Positions 13,050-25,188 of a stretch of DNA of 64,000 nt are shown here, piece by piece. Origin of the DNA: Mobula hypostoma. Taxonomy: Eukaryota. The DNA lies in contig NC_086107.1 in the NCBI RefSeq assembly GCF_963921235.1, forward strand, positions 102,612,001 through 102,676,000. The letters run 5' to 3'. The notes beneath the pieces are model-generated. The model was not told the origin of the DNA. It worked only from the letters and a program-made list of their open reading frames with translations, and did no database searches. A program made the translations under genes and the position numbers. Each line of letters opens with the position of its first letter. Position 1 is the first letter of the stretch.

Positions 13050-13437
13050 GACTTCCGCTAATGTCCCACCTCCCCCTCGTACCCCAGCCGTTATTTATTT
13101 ATTTATTTACACACACATTCTTTTTCTCTCGCTCCTTTTTCTCTCTCTGTCCCTCTGACTATACCCCTTGCCCATCCTCTGGTTCCCCCCCCTTCCTTCT
13201 CCCTGGGCCTCCTGTCCCATGATCCTCTCATATCCCTTTTGCCTATCACCTGTCCAGCTCTTGGCTCCATCCCCCCCCTCCTGTCTTCTCCTATCATTTC
13301 AGATCTCCCCCTCCCCTTCCCACTTTCAAATCTCTTACTAGCTCTTCTTTCAGTTAGTCCTGACGAAGGGTCTCGGCCTGAAACCTTGACTGAACCTCTT
13401 CCTAGAGATGCTGCCTGGCAACTTTTATGTGTGTTGC
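13050..13437 (+). mobile_element. Penelope-like 3' end (pyrimidine-rich body + degenerate hammerhead)
   Basis: Same family as 50986-51479 and 60660-61047; AGTCCTGACGAAGGGTCTCGGCCTGAAACCTTGACT at 13356-13391. Confidence 0.75.
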
Positions 13438-13958
13438 TAGATAAAACATCCTCTACACGTCCACTTTGTCAAGGCTTCTCAGGTCCTCATACATTTCAAT
13501 CAAACTCTCTCTCGCGTGTCTCAGCTCCAGCAAATGCAAGGCTAGTCTGTGCAACCTTCCTTAATGAGACCGCGAGACATTCAGTAGACATTCAAATATG
13601 TCTACTGAACTGCTTCCAGTAAATAAGGAGACCTAGGGTTCTAGATGTCATCCCATCAATGCACGATATAAGTGAAACATAACCTCATGGTTTTGTATTC
13701 TGTCCCCCCACCCCCATGTAATAAACAGTAATTTTGTTAGCTTTCTTAATTACTTGCCTTACCTGAAATCTAGCCTTTTGAGAACCATATAATAGGGCAC
13801 CCACATCCCTCTGCCTCTCAGAGTTGCAGAATCTCTCACCATTTAGATATGATTTTTAAAAAAAAAACAAACTCCTACCAGAACGGACCATGTGACAAAC
13901 ACAAAATTCTGCAGATGCTGGCGTTCCGGAGCAAATACCCACCTAACGCTGGAGGAAC

Positions 13959-14625
13959 TTTATAAAGCTCTGGTCAGGCCACATCTGGAGTATTGTGTAC
14001 AGTTCTGGTCACCCCACTGTAGGAAGGATGTTGAAGCTTTGGAGAGGGTGCAGAAGAGGTTTACCAGGATGCTGCCTGGTTTAGAGAGCATGTGCTGTCA
14101 CAAGAGGCTGGAATTGCTTGGGTTGTTTTCTGTGGAGTGTTGGAGGCTGAGGGGAGATCTGATAGATGTTTATAAGATTATGAGAGGCATAGATAGAATG
14201 GACAGAGAGTATCTGTTTCCCAGGGATGAAATATCTATTACCAGACGGGACACATTGAAGGTGAGAGGGGGTAGGTTCAAGGGGGGTGTGAGGAATAATT
14301 TTTTTACTCAGAGAGTGGTGGATGCCTGGAATGCGTTGCCTGGTATGGTGGTAGAGGCAAATACATTAGAGGCTTTTAACAGACGTTTGGATAGGCAGAT
14401 GGATGTGAGGAAGATGGAAGGATATAGACATTGTGTAGGTAGGAAGGATTAGTGTTTGGGTGTTTTCGATTTTCACCAGAACTAGTTTTGGCTTCATACA
14501 ATATTGAGCTTTTTGTTTCCACAATAATCTTTAATACCTTAATAAACACCTTCTGAAACCCTTAGTTGGTTCAGCACAACATTGTGGGCCGAATGGCCTG
14601 TTCCTGTGCTTTACTGTTCCATGTT
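13959..14625 (+). mobile_element. CR1-like LINE 3' fragment inserted in a Penelope-like end
   Basis: ORF 13892-14452 [19 protein letters not shown]...FFTQRVVDAWNALP; the PLE motif GCTGGAGGAACT resumes after the insertion. Confidence 0.88.
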
Positions 14626-15009
14626 AACTCTGCGGGTCAGGGAGTAGCTATGGAGGGAAATGAATAGTCAACATTCTGGGCCAAGACTCTTCACTAGGAC
14701 TAGTTTTGGCTTCATACAATATTGAGCTTTTTGTTTCCACAATAATCTTTAGTACCTTAATAAACACCTTCTGAAACCCTTAGTATATCCGTTGGTTTCC
14801 TATTATCTACAGCATGCAGTAGGACTTAAAACAACTCTAATAAGCTACTCAAATGTAGTTTTCCTTTGAGAAAACCTGCTACAACTTATTTTTTAACATA
14901 CCAGTATTCTAACAGTTTCTGACAATTTCCCCAAGGTGGAAATTGTTAGCTGACACTCACAACACGCTGGAGGAACTCAGCAGGTCGGGCAGCATCCGTG
15001 GAAACGATG

Positions 15010-15045
15010 AGTCGACGTTTCGGGCCGGAACCCTTCGTCAGGACT
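15010..15045 (-). ncRNA. Minimal type-I hammerhead ribozyme motif (intact core), antisense twin
   Basis: Exact reverse complement of 15179-15214. Confidence 0.7.
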
Positions 15046-15178
15046 GTAGAGGGAAGGGGCAGAGGCCCTATAAAGAAGGTGGGGGGAGGGTGGGAAGGAG
15101 AAGGCTGGTGAAGAAGAAGAAGAACTCCTTCCCACCCTCCCCCACCTTCTTTATAGGGCCACTGCCCCCTCCCTCTTT

Positions 15179-15214
15179 AGTCCTGACGAAGGGTTCCGGC
15201 CCGAAACGTCGACT
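15179..15214 (+). ncRNA. Minimal type-I hammerhead ribozyme motif (intact core)
   Basis: AGUC-CUGACGA-A-GGG(UUCCGG)CCC-GAAA-CG-UC^GACU: stem I AGUC/GACU, palindromic ACGU stem III, GUC site after 15210. Confidence 0.7.
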
Positions 15215-15899
15215 CATCGTTTCCACGGATGCTGCCCGACCTGCTGAGTTCCTCCAGCGTGTTGTGAGTGTTGCTTTGATCTCAGCATCTGCAGATTATT
15301 TTGTGTTTTGGAAATTGTTAACTGCTTTCTGCGCCCCTTTTTGAATAAGTGAATCACTTCTATTTTTCTGTGTTTTGGTACCTTTCCACATTAAGAGAAT
15401 TTTGCAAAACTAAAACCAATGCATCAAGGATTTCATGAGCACCTCTTCCTTTCAAACTCTAGGATGTATTCATCAGTACCTGAAGACTTGGAATGTGTAG
15501 TGATCTGGCTAATAAAGGCGCAGCTCTGCAGTGACAGAGACCCAGGGTCAATCCTGACCTCTGCTGCTATTGGTGTGGAGTTAGCCTTTTTCTCCCCTGA
15601 CTAGATGGGTTTCTTATGAGTGCAAGTAATTGTAGCTAACGACATGTGGGCTGGTAGGTTAACTGGCCGTTCTAAATTACCACTTGCATATCAGTGAGTA
15701 GCAGAATCTTAGGTGGGGGGTGGTTGGCGGAGAATGAAAAAAATGTGATTAATATAGGAGTTATGTTGCAGTTATACAAGATGTTGCTGAGGTTACACTT
15801 GGAGTAAAGTGTACAGTTTTGGTCACCCTGTTTTAGGTAAGACTTGAACTAGAAAGAGGGCAGAAAAGATTTACCATGATGTCGTTTGGACTTGCGAGC

Positions 15900-16285
15900 C
15901 TGAGAGGTCGCATAGACTGCGACTTTGTTCCCTCCTGCCATCTGACAAAAGGCACCGAAGTATTCGGGCTCTCACGACCAGACTATGTAACAGTTTCTTC
16001 CCCCAAGCCATCAGACTCCTCAATACCCAGGGCCTTGACTGACACCAACCTACTGCCCTCTACTGTGCCTATTGTCTTGTTTATTATTTATTGTAATGCC
16101 TGCACTGTTTTGTGCACTTTATACAGTCCTGGGTAGGTCTGGAGTCTAGTGTAGTTTTGTTCTACGTAGTTCAGTGTAGTTTTTGTATTGTTTATGCAGC
16201 ACCATGGTCCTGAAAAACGTCTTGTTTTTACTGTGTACTGTACCAGCAGTTATGGTCGAAATGATAATAAAAGGTGACTTGACCT
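15900..16285 (+). mobile_element. Rex1/Babar-like non-LTR 3' end
   Basis: ACAGTTTCTTCCCCCAAGCCATCAGACT (NSFFPQAIRL) and ...AATAAAAGGTGACTTGAC tail; an inverted copy lies at 49076-49325. Confidence 0.65.
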
Positions 16286-16344
16286 GAATTTGAGGGGTGA
16301 CCTGATGGAGGTATATAAGATCATGAGGGACATAGAGTGAAAGT

Positions 16345-16540
16345 TGCCTCCTCTACGTTGGTGAGACCCTGTCATAAATTGGGGCTCTGCTTCGTCAAGC
16401 ACCTCCGCTCCATCTGCCGCAAGCAGAACTTCCCAGTGGCCAAACGTTTTGATTACCATTCCCATTCCCGTTCCAACATGGTGGTCCAAGATGAGGCCAC
16501 TTCAGGGGGAGGGGCAACACCTTATATTCTGCCTGGGTAG
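16345..16540 (+). mobile_element. Penelope-like GIY-YIG endonuclease fragment
   Basis: LYVGET... FVKHLRSICRKQNFPVAKRF... QHLIFCLGS. Confidence 0.7.
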
Positions 16541-17328
16541 CACTACCGTCTGTGTGAAAAGTTGCCCTCCAATTGTGGCAGGTCAGAGGCTTGGACAGAG
16601 TATACCATACAGCAAACAAATAACTAAAAGATTTATAAGGAGCAAAAACACAGAGCACAAAATAAAGCTGGACAAAAATACTAGACAACAAGGATTTTGC
16701 TTCCTGAATATTTCTGGATGTATCTTATGGATAATTTTTGCTGCTGATCATGAAAATCACCATGGAATTTCCCTATCACGCTGTTTTGTGAATGCCTTCC
16801 AAGCACACGTAGGACTGCTTTAGGGACTCCCAGCTCCAGACTTTTTCTCTCGATTTAACTCCCGAAGCCTTCCCCATGTTGTTTATAAATGGCCCCTGCT
16901 CTGCAAAGATCTCACTCGCTCACTTGCTACTTCATAATATGACTCACATCCAACGAGACTTGCTCTTTTTCAAACGGCTCCTGTTGTGCTAAATGCTGGA
17001 GGAGCTCAGTGAGTTCAGCATCTGTGGGGAAGAAAGAAATCGTTGACGTTTTGGGTCGAAATCTTAGAGCAGCACTCATTGTTGTGTGTTTTGGCTGCAG
17101 GTCCTGATGCAGGGTTTCAACCTGAAACGTTGACACTTCCTTTCCTTGCTCAGATCCTTCTCAACCTGCTAAGTTCCTCCTGTTGATTTGCCAGGAATGT
17201 ATGGTTAAGTGAATATTTACAATGCACACTGTACCTACTTCTGTTTTTTGCAAGTCTTGTATGCTGTACAGGTACATAAATGTTTCAAGTTGAGGTGTCA
17301 CTGCCACTTTAAACTTCTCCCTCTAGGG

Positions 17329-17408
17329 CAGGGGTTCTCTACCTGTGGTTCATGGACCCCTCGGTAAATGGTAAGGCTCCGTGGCATAAAAAAGGTTGGG
17401 AACCCCTG
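17329..17408. mobile_element. 80-bp hAT (Charlie-like) MITE
   Basis: TIRs CAGGGGTTCTCTACC / GGTTGGGAACCCCTG; 8-bp TSD CTCTAGGG/CTCTAGAG; relatives at 55942-56023 and 61414-61510. Confidence 0.85.
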
Positions 17409-17877
17409 CTCTAGAGGTCGTGGGTCTATCCTGCATCTTTTTGTCCTGGCTCTTAATGTTTTTCATTGAATGTAACTCTGCTATTTACAGGCACTGCCCA
17501 AATCTGGAAGAAGAGGTCAATTGTACATAAAGATTTACAAAAGCCCACCATTGCTGGCTGTCTCGTGGCATTACTAAACACTGTCTTCCTCTGAAATTTT
17601 CCGTTAAAATCTCTGACCCACTAGCTTAGAGCCATTTCTTTTTCCTGCTGAGTTACAACCTATTCTTTATCCTGGGGTATTTTTACTGTTTTGGAATCGA
17701 GGTGCCTAGATCTGAAAATGATAGAATTCCTTATTGCCTTCAATTGTACAGTATTTTAAAAAACATGTCTGACATTGATTGTATGTTGCTTTCCATCTTT
17801 TCCATTCTATTATATGTTCTGCATAATGAACCTTACAGTTATTGTTGATTTAGATCACTTTTCTCTCAGAGTAAGAT

Positions 17878-18249
17878 TCATTAATTCGTTATGTGCCGTG
17901 TCGTATGACACAGGCAATCATCGTCTTCCCATGACCATGATTGTTCTTGGCAAATTTTTCTACAGAAGTGGTTTGCCATCGCCTTCTGGGCAGTGTCTTC
18001 ACAAGACGGGTGACCCCAGCCATGATCAATACTCTTCAGAGATTGTCTGCCTGGCATCAGTGGTCGTAGCACCAGGACTTGTGATCTGCTCCAGCTGCTC
18101 ATACGACCATCCACCACCAGCTCCCATGAACGGGGATGGGGGGGGCTAAACAGGTGCTACACCTTGCTCAAGGGTGACCTGCAGGCTAGTGGAGGGAAGG
18201 AGAGCCTTACACCTTCTTTGTTAGAGACATATCTCCACCCTGCCACCCA
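17878..18249 (-). mobile_element. RTE-related short retroposon with Bov-A/Sauria-like 3' motif
   Basis: rc GAAGGCGATGGCAAACCACTTCTGTAG...TGCCAAGAA; TSD TCAGAGTAAGAT (17866-77) / TCAGAATAAGAT (18250-61). Confidence 0.7.
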
Positions 18250-18599
18250 TCAGAATAAGATATCTGAAGCCCGATATGAAGACATTGAACTCACACTGAG
18301 CTCCATTCTGTAAAAATGCCCAGTGAGCTACTTTCTTCTTGAGAGGCTGTTGAAGTGAGAGCCATCGTTTTGATAGGATTATTCCAGCATGAGGAAGAAA
18401 GATTTAGCCCTTCAGTTAATGTCATCCTTTCCTAATGTTGCCCTGTGGATATGAGAGCAGTTTGGAAAGGATACTGCCTTCTCGATGGCACCCAGCACCC
18501 ACGTCCTGTAAGTTTTAGATGTGAAAATGATTGAACAGGGTATCTACAAAATAGCCATCTCCCTCTCCCATATAAAAAAAAGATAATGTACCCTAAAGT

Positions 18600-19520
18600 C
18601 AAACAAGAGAAAATCCGAGCAACACACACAAAATGCTGGAGGAACTCAGCAGGCCAGGCAGTATCTAGGAAAAGGGTACAGTCGACGTTTTGGGCCGAAA
18701 CCCTTCGTCAGTACTGGAGAAAAAAGCTGAGGAGTAGAATTGAAAGATGGGGAGAGCTGAGGAGTAGATTTAAAACGTGCATGTTGCTGCACCTGGGAGG
18801 ACTGTTTAGGGCCTTGAATGGTAGTGAGGAAGGAGGTGTAGAGGCAGGTGTAGCACTTGCTCTGCTTGTCAGGTTAAGTGCCAGCAGGGAGATCAGTGGG
18901 GAGGGATGAATGACAAGGAGTTGCTTAGGGGGCGATCTCTGTAGAAAGCAGAAAGTGGGGGGGGGGAGATGTACTTGGTGGTGGGATCCCAATGTAGCTG
19001 GTGGAAGTTTTGGAGAATTATGTGCTGGATGTGGAGGCTGGTGGGGTGGTAGAACCCTATCCCTGGTAGGGTGGCGGGAGGATGGGTTAAGAGCAAACAT
19101 GCGTGAAATGGAAGAGATGCAGTTGAGGGCAGTGTTGATGGTGGAGGAAGGGAAGCTCCTTTCTTTGAAAAAGAAGGACATCTCCTTCATTCTAGAATGA
19201 AAGGCCTCATCCTGAGAGCAGATGCGGTGGAGACAGAGGAATTGAGAGAAGGGGATGGCGTTTTTACAAGTAACAGGGTGGGATGAGGATTAGTCCAGGT
19301 AGCTGTGAGAGTCCGTGTTTTTATATAATAGACATCGGTGGATAAGCTGTCTCCAGAGATGGAGACAGTGAGGTCGAGAAAGGGGAGGGAGGTGTCGGAA
19401 ATGGACCAGGTAAATTTGAAGGCAGGGTGGAAGGTGGAGGCAAAGTGGGTGAAGTCGATGAGTTCAGCATGGTGCAGGAAGCAGCACCAATGCAGTCGTC
19501 GATGTAGTATAGGAAAAGTG
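18600..19520 (-). mobile_element. Penelope-like element fragment (RT thumb/linker + 3' end)
   Basis: Minus strand STDVYY..TDSHSYLD.SSSHPVTCKNAIPFSQFLCLHRICSQDEAF, FFKERSFP, YHPTSLHIQHII; degenerate hammerhead 18680-18715. Confidence 0.85.
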
Positions 19521-19675
19521 CAGGATGGTCACCAGGGGAACCCTAAAGTGATTGCTGTGCTTCTTCCTGTGTGGTTAGATTTTGAATGCACATGTAAATC
19601 CACTGTCCTGAATGAATAACAGTGATTCTTTTTCTTCACAGGCACCAACTGATACCAACACTCGCTGTTGTTGAC

Positions 19676-19743
19676 ATGTCGAGTACCTCTCCAGGTACAC
19701 GGAAACGCAAGGAGGATATTCAGAAAGGGTTACAATTTATTCA
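19676..19743 (+). CDS. ZC3H7A: ZC3H7 first coding exon (exon 19642-19743; ATG at 19676), MSSTSPGTRKRKEDIQKGLQFI(Q)
   Basis: Acceptor ttcttcacAG at 19640-41, donor CA|GTAAGA at 19744; KGLQFIQ motif typical of ZC3H7; 68 coding nt, phase 2. Confidence 0.9.
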
Positions 19744-19884
19744 GTAAGAAATGCAATGCTATCCTTCTGTGTTTTCTTAAGGGGAAAATACCTTTGTAAC
19801 CTTTTATCTTGGAGATTCTGTCGTCATGTAAACTACAGAGAGAGTGGGCATCTTGTCAGTGCACGGCAGAAGGTCCCAGATTCA

Positions 19885-20398
19885 TTTTTCATTCTTAAAT
19901 CTTTTTATTAATTATTATTGAAATTCAACAACAGAGAAAAATACATCAAAATAATCAAGACAACATATCCATATTTAGGATAAGAGTTAAACTATCAACC
20001 AAGCTGAGCAGTATATCAATAATAATAAAAAAACATGTTAAGCTTTTTTTTATGGGAAAAAGAAAAAAAAGAACCCCTGCTAACTAAAACAGAAAAAAAC
20101 CCCTAATAACAAAAAAAACGGGAAAAAAAAACCCATTTGGAGCACAAACCCGGAGCTATACGCCATACAAGCTTCCATTAAAAAAAGACATCAATCCGCC
20201 AACCAAATCCATATACCCAAGCATCAGAAAAGGACCATCTTTATTAACTCAAATCAAATGATAATAACGGGCAAAAGAACCCCACCTTTCTTGATGTCAA
20301 ATCTAGGATCAAAAGTTCGACTTCTAATTTTTTCCAATCTAAGACATAACATCACCTGGGAGAACCATTATATCAAAGTGGGAGTAGAGGCATCTTTC
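19885..20398 (-). mobile_element. L1/Tx1-like LINE 3' end
   Basis: Minus strand KDASTPTLI*WFSQVMLCLRLEKIRS (L1 ORF2 C-terminal pattern), T-rich 3'UTR with AATAAA; TSD GTCCCAGATTCA / GTCTCAGATTCA. Confidence 0.65.
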
Positions 20399-20599
20399 GT
20401 CTCAGATTCAGTTTTTACTCTATAATGACTGAGTTGATTTAATCTGGAACACTGGATGGACCCTCCTTTGGTCTCAGTACCTGTGTTTGGTGGGCAGAAA
20501 AACAACTTGGCTAAGGTGATCTTATCCTACCACCTTTGTTGGACTGCGAATGTGCTAAAGTAAGGCTAGAGTGCAAATTTGCATAGTTTTGCACCGCAT

Positions 20600-21110
20600 T
20601 GATTTCAGTAGGGACTCCAGGTCATGCAATCAATTAGAATGCTCTCCAGGGTACATCTGTAGAAACCTGTGAGTGCCTTTGGTGACATACCAAATCTGCT
20701 CAAACTCCTAATGAAATATAGCCACTTCTTTGTAGCTGTATTGACATGTTGGGCCCAGGATAGATCCTCAGAGGTATTGAAATTGCTCACTCTTTCCACT
20801 TCTGATCCCTCTATAAGGACTGGTGTGTGTTCCGTTGTCTTGCCCTTTCTGAAGACCACAATCAGTTCTTTGGTCTTACTGACACTGAGTGCAAGGTTGT
20901 TGCCACGACACCACTCAACTAGCTGATATAGCTTGCTCCTATACGCCCTCTTGTCACCATCTGAAATTCTGTCCAGTATAGTTGTATCGTTGTCAGATTT
21001 ATCCTGGCATTTGAGCTGTGCCTAGCGACACAGTCATGGGTGTAGAGAGGGTAGAGCAGTGGATTAAGCACACATCCCTGAGGTCTGCCGGTGTTGATTG
21101 TCAGTGAATG
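20600..21110 (-). mobile_element. Rex1/Babar-like RT fragment
   Basis: NTGRPQGCVLNPLLYPLYTHDC; KALTGFYRCTLESIL. Confidence 0.8.
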
Positions 21111-21231
21111 CTGGAGCATCTTTAAAGGACTACATGGCCTGTCCCCGTTCCTCATTCTAATATTAACACTTCCACCACTTGTGTCCACACCCATTCTACC
21201 TGTCCCTGCTTAACTTTTGTAACCTTTCTTT

Positions 21232-21636
21232 AAAAGTCTTAAGCACATATAAAAGAAGTCTGTAAAGCAAAGGTGCTTTTAAAAACAATGCAATGAAAAT
21301 TTCTAAATATCAATAAAGTTACTATAAAGAGCAATAAACAGCAAAAATCAAAGTCAAATCAATATTTGGTGTGATCACCCTTTGCCTTTAAAACTGCATC
21401 AATTCTCTTAGCTACACTGTCATGCAGTTTTATAAGGAAGTCGACTGTTAGGTTGTTGCAAGCACCTTGGGAATTTGCCACGGTTCTTCTGCAGACTTTG
21501 GCAGTCTCGTTCGCTTCTGTCTCTCTGGGTAATCCCAGATAGCCTCGGCGATGTTGAGATCAGGGCTCTGTGGAGGCTATACCATCTGAAACCATACAAA
21601 ATTACCTAGGGTGCCTAAGAATTTTATACTGTACTG
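21232..21636 (-). mobile_element. Tc1-like non-autonomous remnant
   Basis: Partial TIRs AAAAGTCTTAAGCAC / GTGCCTAAGAATTTTATACTGTACTG+TA; minus strand PPQSPDLNIAEAIW (Tc1 SPDLN motif). Confidence 0.8.
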
Positions 21637-22068
21637 TATTTATCCAGATTTATCTTCTGAACATAGATACCCTTTGCAGCAACCCCATTGTTACTTAGGA
21701 AGCTTCACATGTTCATCATGTAAAGTTTCTCCTATGTTACATTTATTAGTGACTATTGTAGATTTACAATGACTGTGATTGGCCTCTTCTACAGCTGCTC
21801 ATGAATCCATTCACAACATTTTAATACATTACCCAAGTGTTTTCTAAGAGGGAGACCACAAGTCTATGTAGTTTTTGGTGATGAAAGAATGGTGTTGATA
21901 AGGACCTCCTCCCTTCACCCCCTGACTTATGGACTCCTCGTCTCTACAAGCAAGCTCCCTTAATATTAAATAGAAGTGAGAACCACTCTTAGGAGAAGCT
22001 TGTTTTCCTGTGAGCACTGGGCAGTAATCAGACACCATTGTCTCTGAACAACACAGGCTCTCGGTATT

Positions 22069-22332
22069 TTTTTTTGTTGTCTTTTTTTGTGGGTGCCATA
22101 CTCTGCCAGAGCCTCGGCAACCACGTTTTCAAGTGGTTGTCTTGGAGGAAAGATTCTGTGAGTGGTCCCCCGCGTCCTTCTCACAGCGCAGTTTGTTTTT
22201 TTTTTACGAGGCCGAGTTGCGAGCTGGACACTCAACCCGGCACGGATGGAAAGCTTGCCCGGGAGCAGCCCGACTGGGTTCGAACTCGGGAACCTTCGCT
22301 CCGGAGTCTGGCACTGATGCCCACTGCGCCAC
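22069..22332 (-). mobile_element. Young tRNA-derived SINE
   Basis: Box A GGTGGCGCAGTGG and box B GAGTTCGAACC on minus strand, A-rich tail; TSD CTCTCGGTATT (22058-68 / 22333-43). Confidence 0.85.
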
Positions 22333-22589
22333 CTCTCGGTATTACCACCTGTAAAAGTTTAGAAAGTTGCTTTGGAATCTGACAAGCAATGACTTCTATT
22401 GTTACTTGTGCATGAATGCTGTATGTCACATTCACTAATACTTTATGCCCGTCGATACCAGCCATTGAGCATTGGGACATTCTGATTCTGCACCACTGTA
22501 GCTAGGCAGGGGAAGACAATAAATTAACATTGTAGTAAATTGGCCCTTATCAACACCATTCTTTCATGTGAGTAAAACAATAAAAAGCT

Positions 22590-23265
22590 GATCATTGACT
22601 TGGAAGTGGGACGGTGTGCATGCTTCTGTTTACGTTGACGGTGCTGAGATGGAAATGGTGAAGCGCTTCAAGTTCCTTGCAGTAAACCTCACCAGTACCT
22701 CGTAGACACTATGACCAAGAAAGTGTAGCAGTGACTTCACCTCCTCATGAGGTATGTCCCTGTTGACTTTTCCCGAAGTTTATATAAAGCATCCTCTGCA
22801 TTTGCATTGCAACGTAGTGAGGCAACTGCCCTCTCCAAGACTGGAAAAGAATTCTCAGATCATCATAAAAATCAGTCTTCCCTCCGTGGACTGTCTGTAC
22901 TTCCTGCTGCCCCAGTAAAGCAACTAGCATAAATGAAGACCCCTCCCACCCTGGACATTCTCAGTTCTTCCCCCGCCCCCCAATCAGGTAGAAGATACAA
23001 AATTCTCAAAGTAAATGCCACCAGGCTCAAGGACAGCTTCTGTCCCACTGTTATGAGATTATTGAACAGACCTCGTGTACGATAAGTAGGGCTCTTATTG
23101 TCAGAGTGCACTGTGCTTTATAACTTTAACACTATATTCAGTATTTTGCCTTGTTTAAATCTCAATATACTGATGCAATGAAATGATCTGTATGGATGGC
23201 ATGCAAAACAAAACTTCTAACTACACCACGGTACATGTGACAATAGTAAACTAAATAAATTACAA
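22590..23265 (+). mobile_element. Rex1/Babar-like 3' fragment
   Basis: DPSHPG...GRRY...TTRLKDSF.PTVMRLLN and GGTACATGTGACAATAG tail. Confidence 0.7.
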
Positions 23266-23399
23266 TTCCTTGGAGGAATAGTTATCGTATCAGGTGATTT
23301 TGTGTACTTTCTGACTGATGGACAAAGTCGACTTACAGTCATCTATAAAAATGGAACCTGTTCATAATACAGGGATGGTCTGTATTTGTATCCTCTCAT

Positions 23400-23995
23400 T
23401 TGATGTTGCAGTGTTCTCCAGGCTTGGCAATTTGCTTGCAGACGTTTCATCACCAGTCGAGCGACGTCCTTAATGCATAGTTGTTGGTGTTTCTCTCTGG
23501 GAATGCTTGCATTTATAAAGGCCCCCGATCACTTGCTTGGTCCTGATTGGCTACCTTTCAGTTGATCTTTGAATTCTATTGACTCGTGTTTTTTTCAGAT
23601 CTTATGCGGTTCATAGATGGCGTCTATATCGATATGTTTGTTTACAGAGGCATCAGAAGAGAACCATGCTTCTAAAAATTAACACACTTGCTTCATGTTT
23701 GCCTACGCCAGGACCTCCGCGGTGCCTCAGTTAAAGTGGTGTTCTTCTCTTAGCGGTTCGTAGATGTCAACTGCGAACGCCTAAGAGCCAAAGAAAGGCG
23801 AGCCAATAAAACTCAAAGATTAACTGAAGAGTTAGCCAATCAGGAGCGAGGCAAGCAAACAGGGACCTATTGAAACATGAGCACCCCCAGAGAGAAACGC
23901 CAGCACATCTTGACTGGTGATGGAACGTCTGCAAGTTAATTACCAAGTTTGCAGGACACCACAACATTAAACACCTCAACTCGAGCTACGAATAT
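23400..23995. mobile_element. Penelope/Poseidon-like fragment with inverted pseudo-LTRs
   Basis: Minus strand FLEAWFSSDASVNKHIDIDAIYEP (GIY-YIG C-terminus); inverted copies 23400-23585 / 23800-23975; degenerate hammerhead 23438-23476 (-). Confidence 0.7.
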
Positions 23996-25188
23996 TCACC
24001 AGTAACCTCTCATTTCTACCATCATTTTTATTATACAAAAAGCAAACATTTTTAAGTGTGGCACAACAGAGATTACGTACACATACATAAAAAGTAGTTA
24101 CATCACAGACATGAGCTACAATTTTTGATATAGTCAATCAATATATCCTTTCATATCTTTCTTCCTCCTTGCATTTCTGTAAATACATGGTGTTTGCCTC
24201 AAGCACTCCTGATGGCATCAAAGCCCAGTTCTTTGCATTTATACAGACATGTGTTGCAACTTTTAATGCTTTATGAATATGTGATTCCTTTGCTACTGCG
24301 CCCCGTTAGACTCTTGGTTCAAAGGGGTAGGTTGCCTCCACATTCACCCTTCCAAAATGTTATTACCCTACCACCGTAGGCTCCTGAACCGGTGTGGATA
24401 ACTTCACTTGCTGTAGCTCTGAACCAATTCCACAAGCTACAGACTCATTTTCAAGGATGCTACAACTCATGCTTTCTGCATTATTTTTTCAAATTTTGCA
24501 CATTTTATCTTATTTTTCACATTGGCTATTTGTCAGTCTTTCTTTAGTTTAGATTTAGATTTGGATTCCTTTAATATCAGAGAATGCATACAGTATACAA
24601 CCTACAATTCTTACTCTTTCAGATGTCCACAAAACAAAAGACCCCATAGAATGATAGAACATCGAAGCCCCAAAACCCCCCCCCCCGCTCCCCCCTTTAC
24701 AGAAGGAGCAGCAAAAGCATCACCCCTCCACTGGAGCCAGCAAAAGCACTGACCCCCCCTCACCCCCCCACCATGCAAGCAACCGTAAAAGCCCCCCAGA
24801 GACCTTGATCCACAATCCGTCTAGACTACAGTCCATAACCCAACACTTAAGTATCTCAGACAGGCTCCGTCTCTCTCTCTCTCCAGCGAGGGTTTGCTCC
24901 TGTAACAAGAGCAGAGACCGGCAACTTGCTGTTCCGACGTTACAATCTTTCGCTCTCTCTAGTGTACTGTATTGCTTTTCATAAATTTTTTCCTGTTAAT
25001 GCCCATAAGAAAATGAATCTCAAGGTAGTGTATGGTAACATAGGCATACCTTAATAATGAATTTTACTTTGACTTTGAAAGTGAGTCACATATTACTTGT
25101 TCATCCTGAGAATCATTTTCTTATTATGTAGATTCCATTGATATATCGACCAACAGTCATCACCTAAAACAGCAGCTCCAGTAAAAGT

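Larger units (their letters stand above)
14953..15308. mobile_element. Fold-back Penelope-like insertion with two opposed hammerheads
   Basis: ~148-bp near-perfect inverted arms 14953-15100 / 15125-15271; 16-bp TSD TGGAAATTGTTAGCTG (14937-52) / TGGAAATTGTTAACTG (15309-24). Confidence 0.85.
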
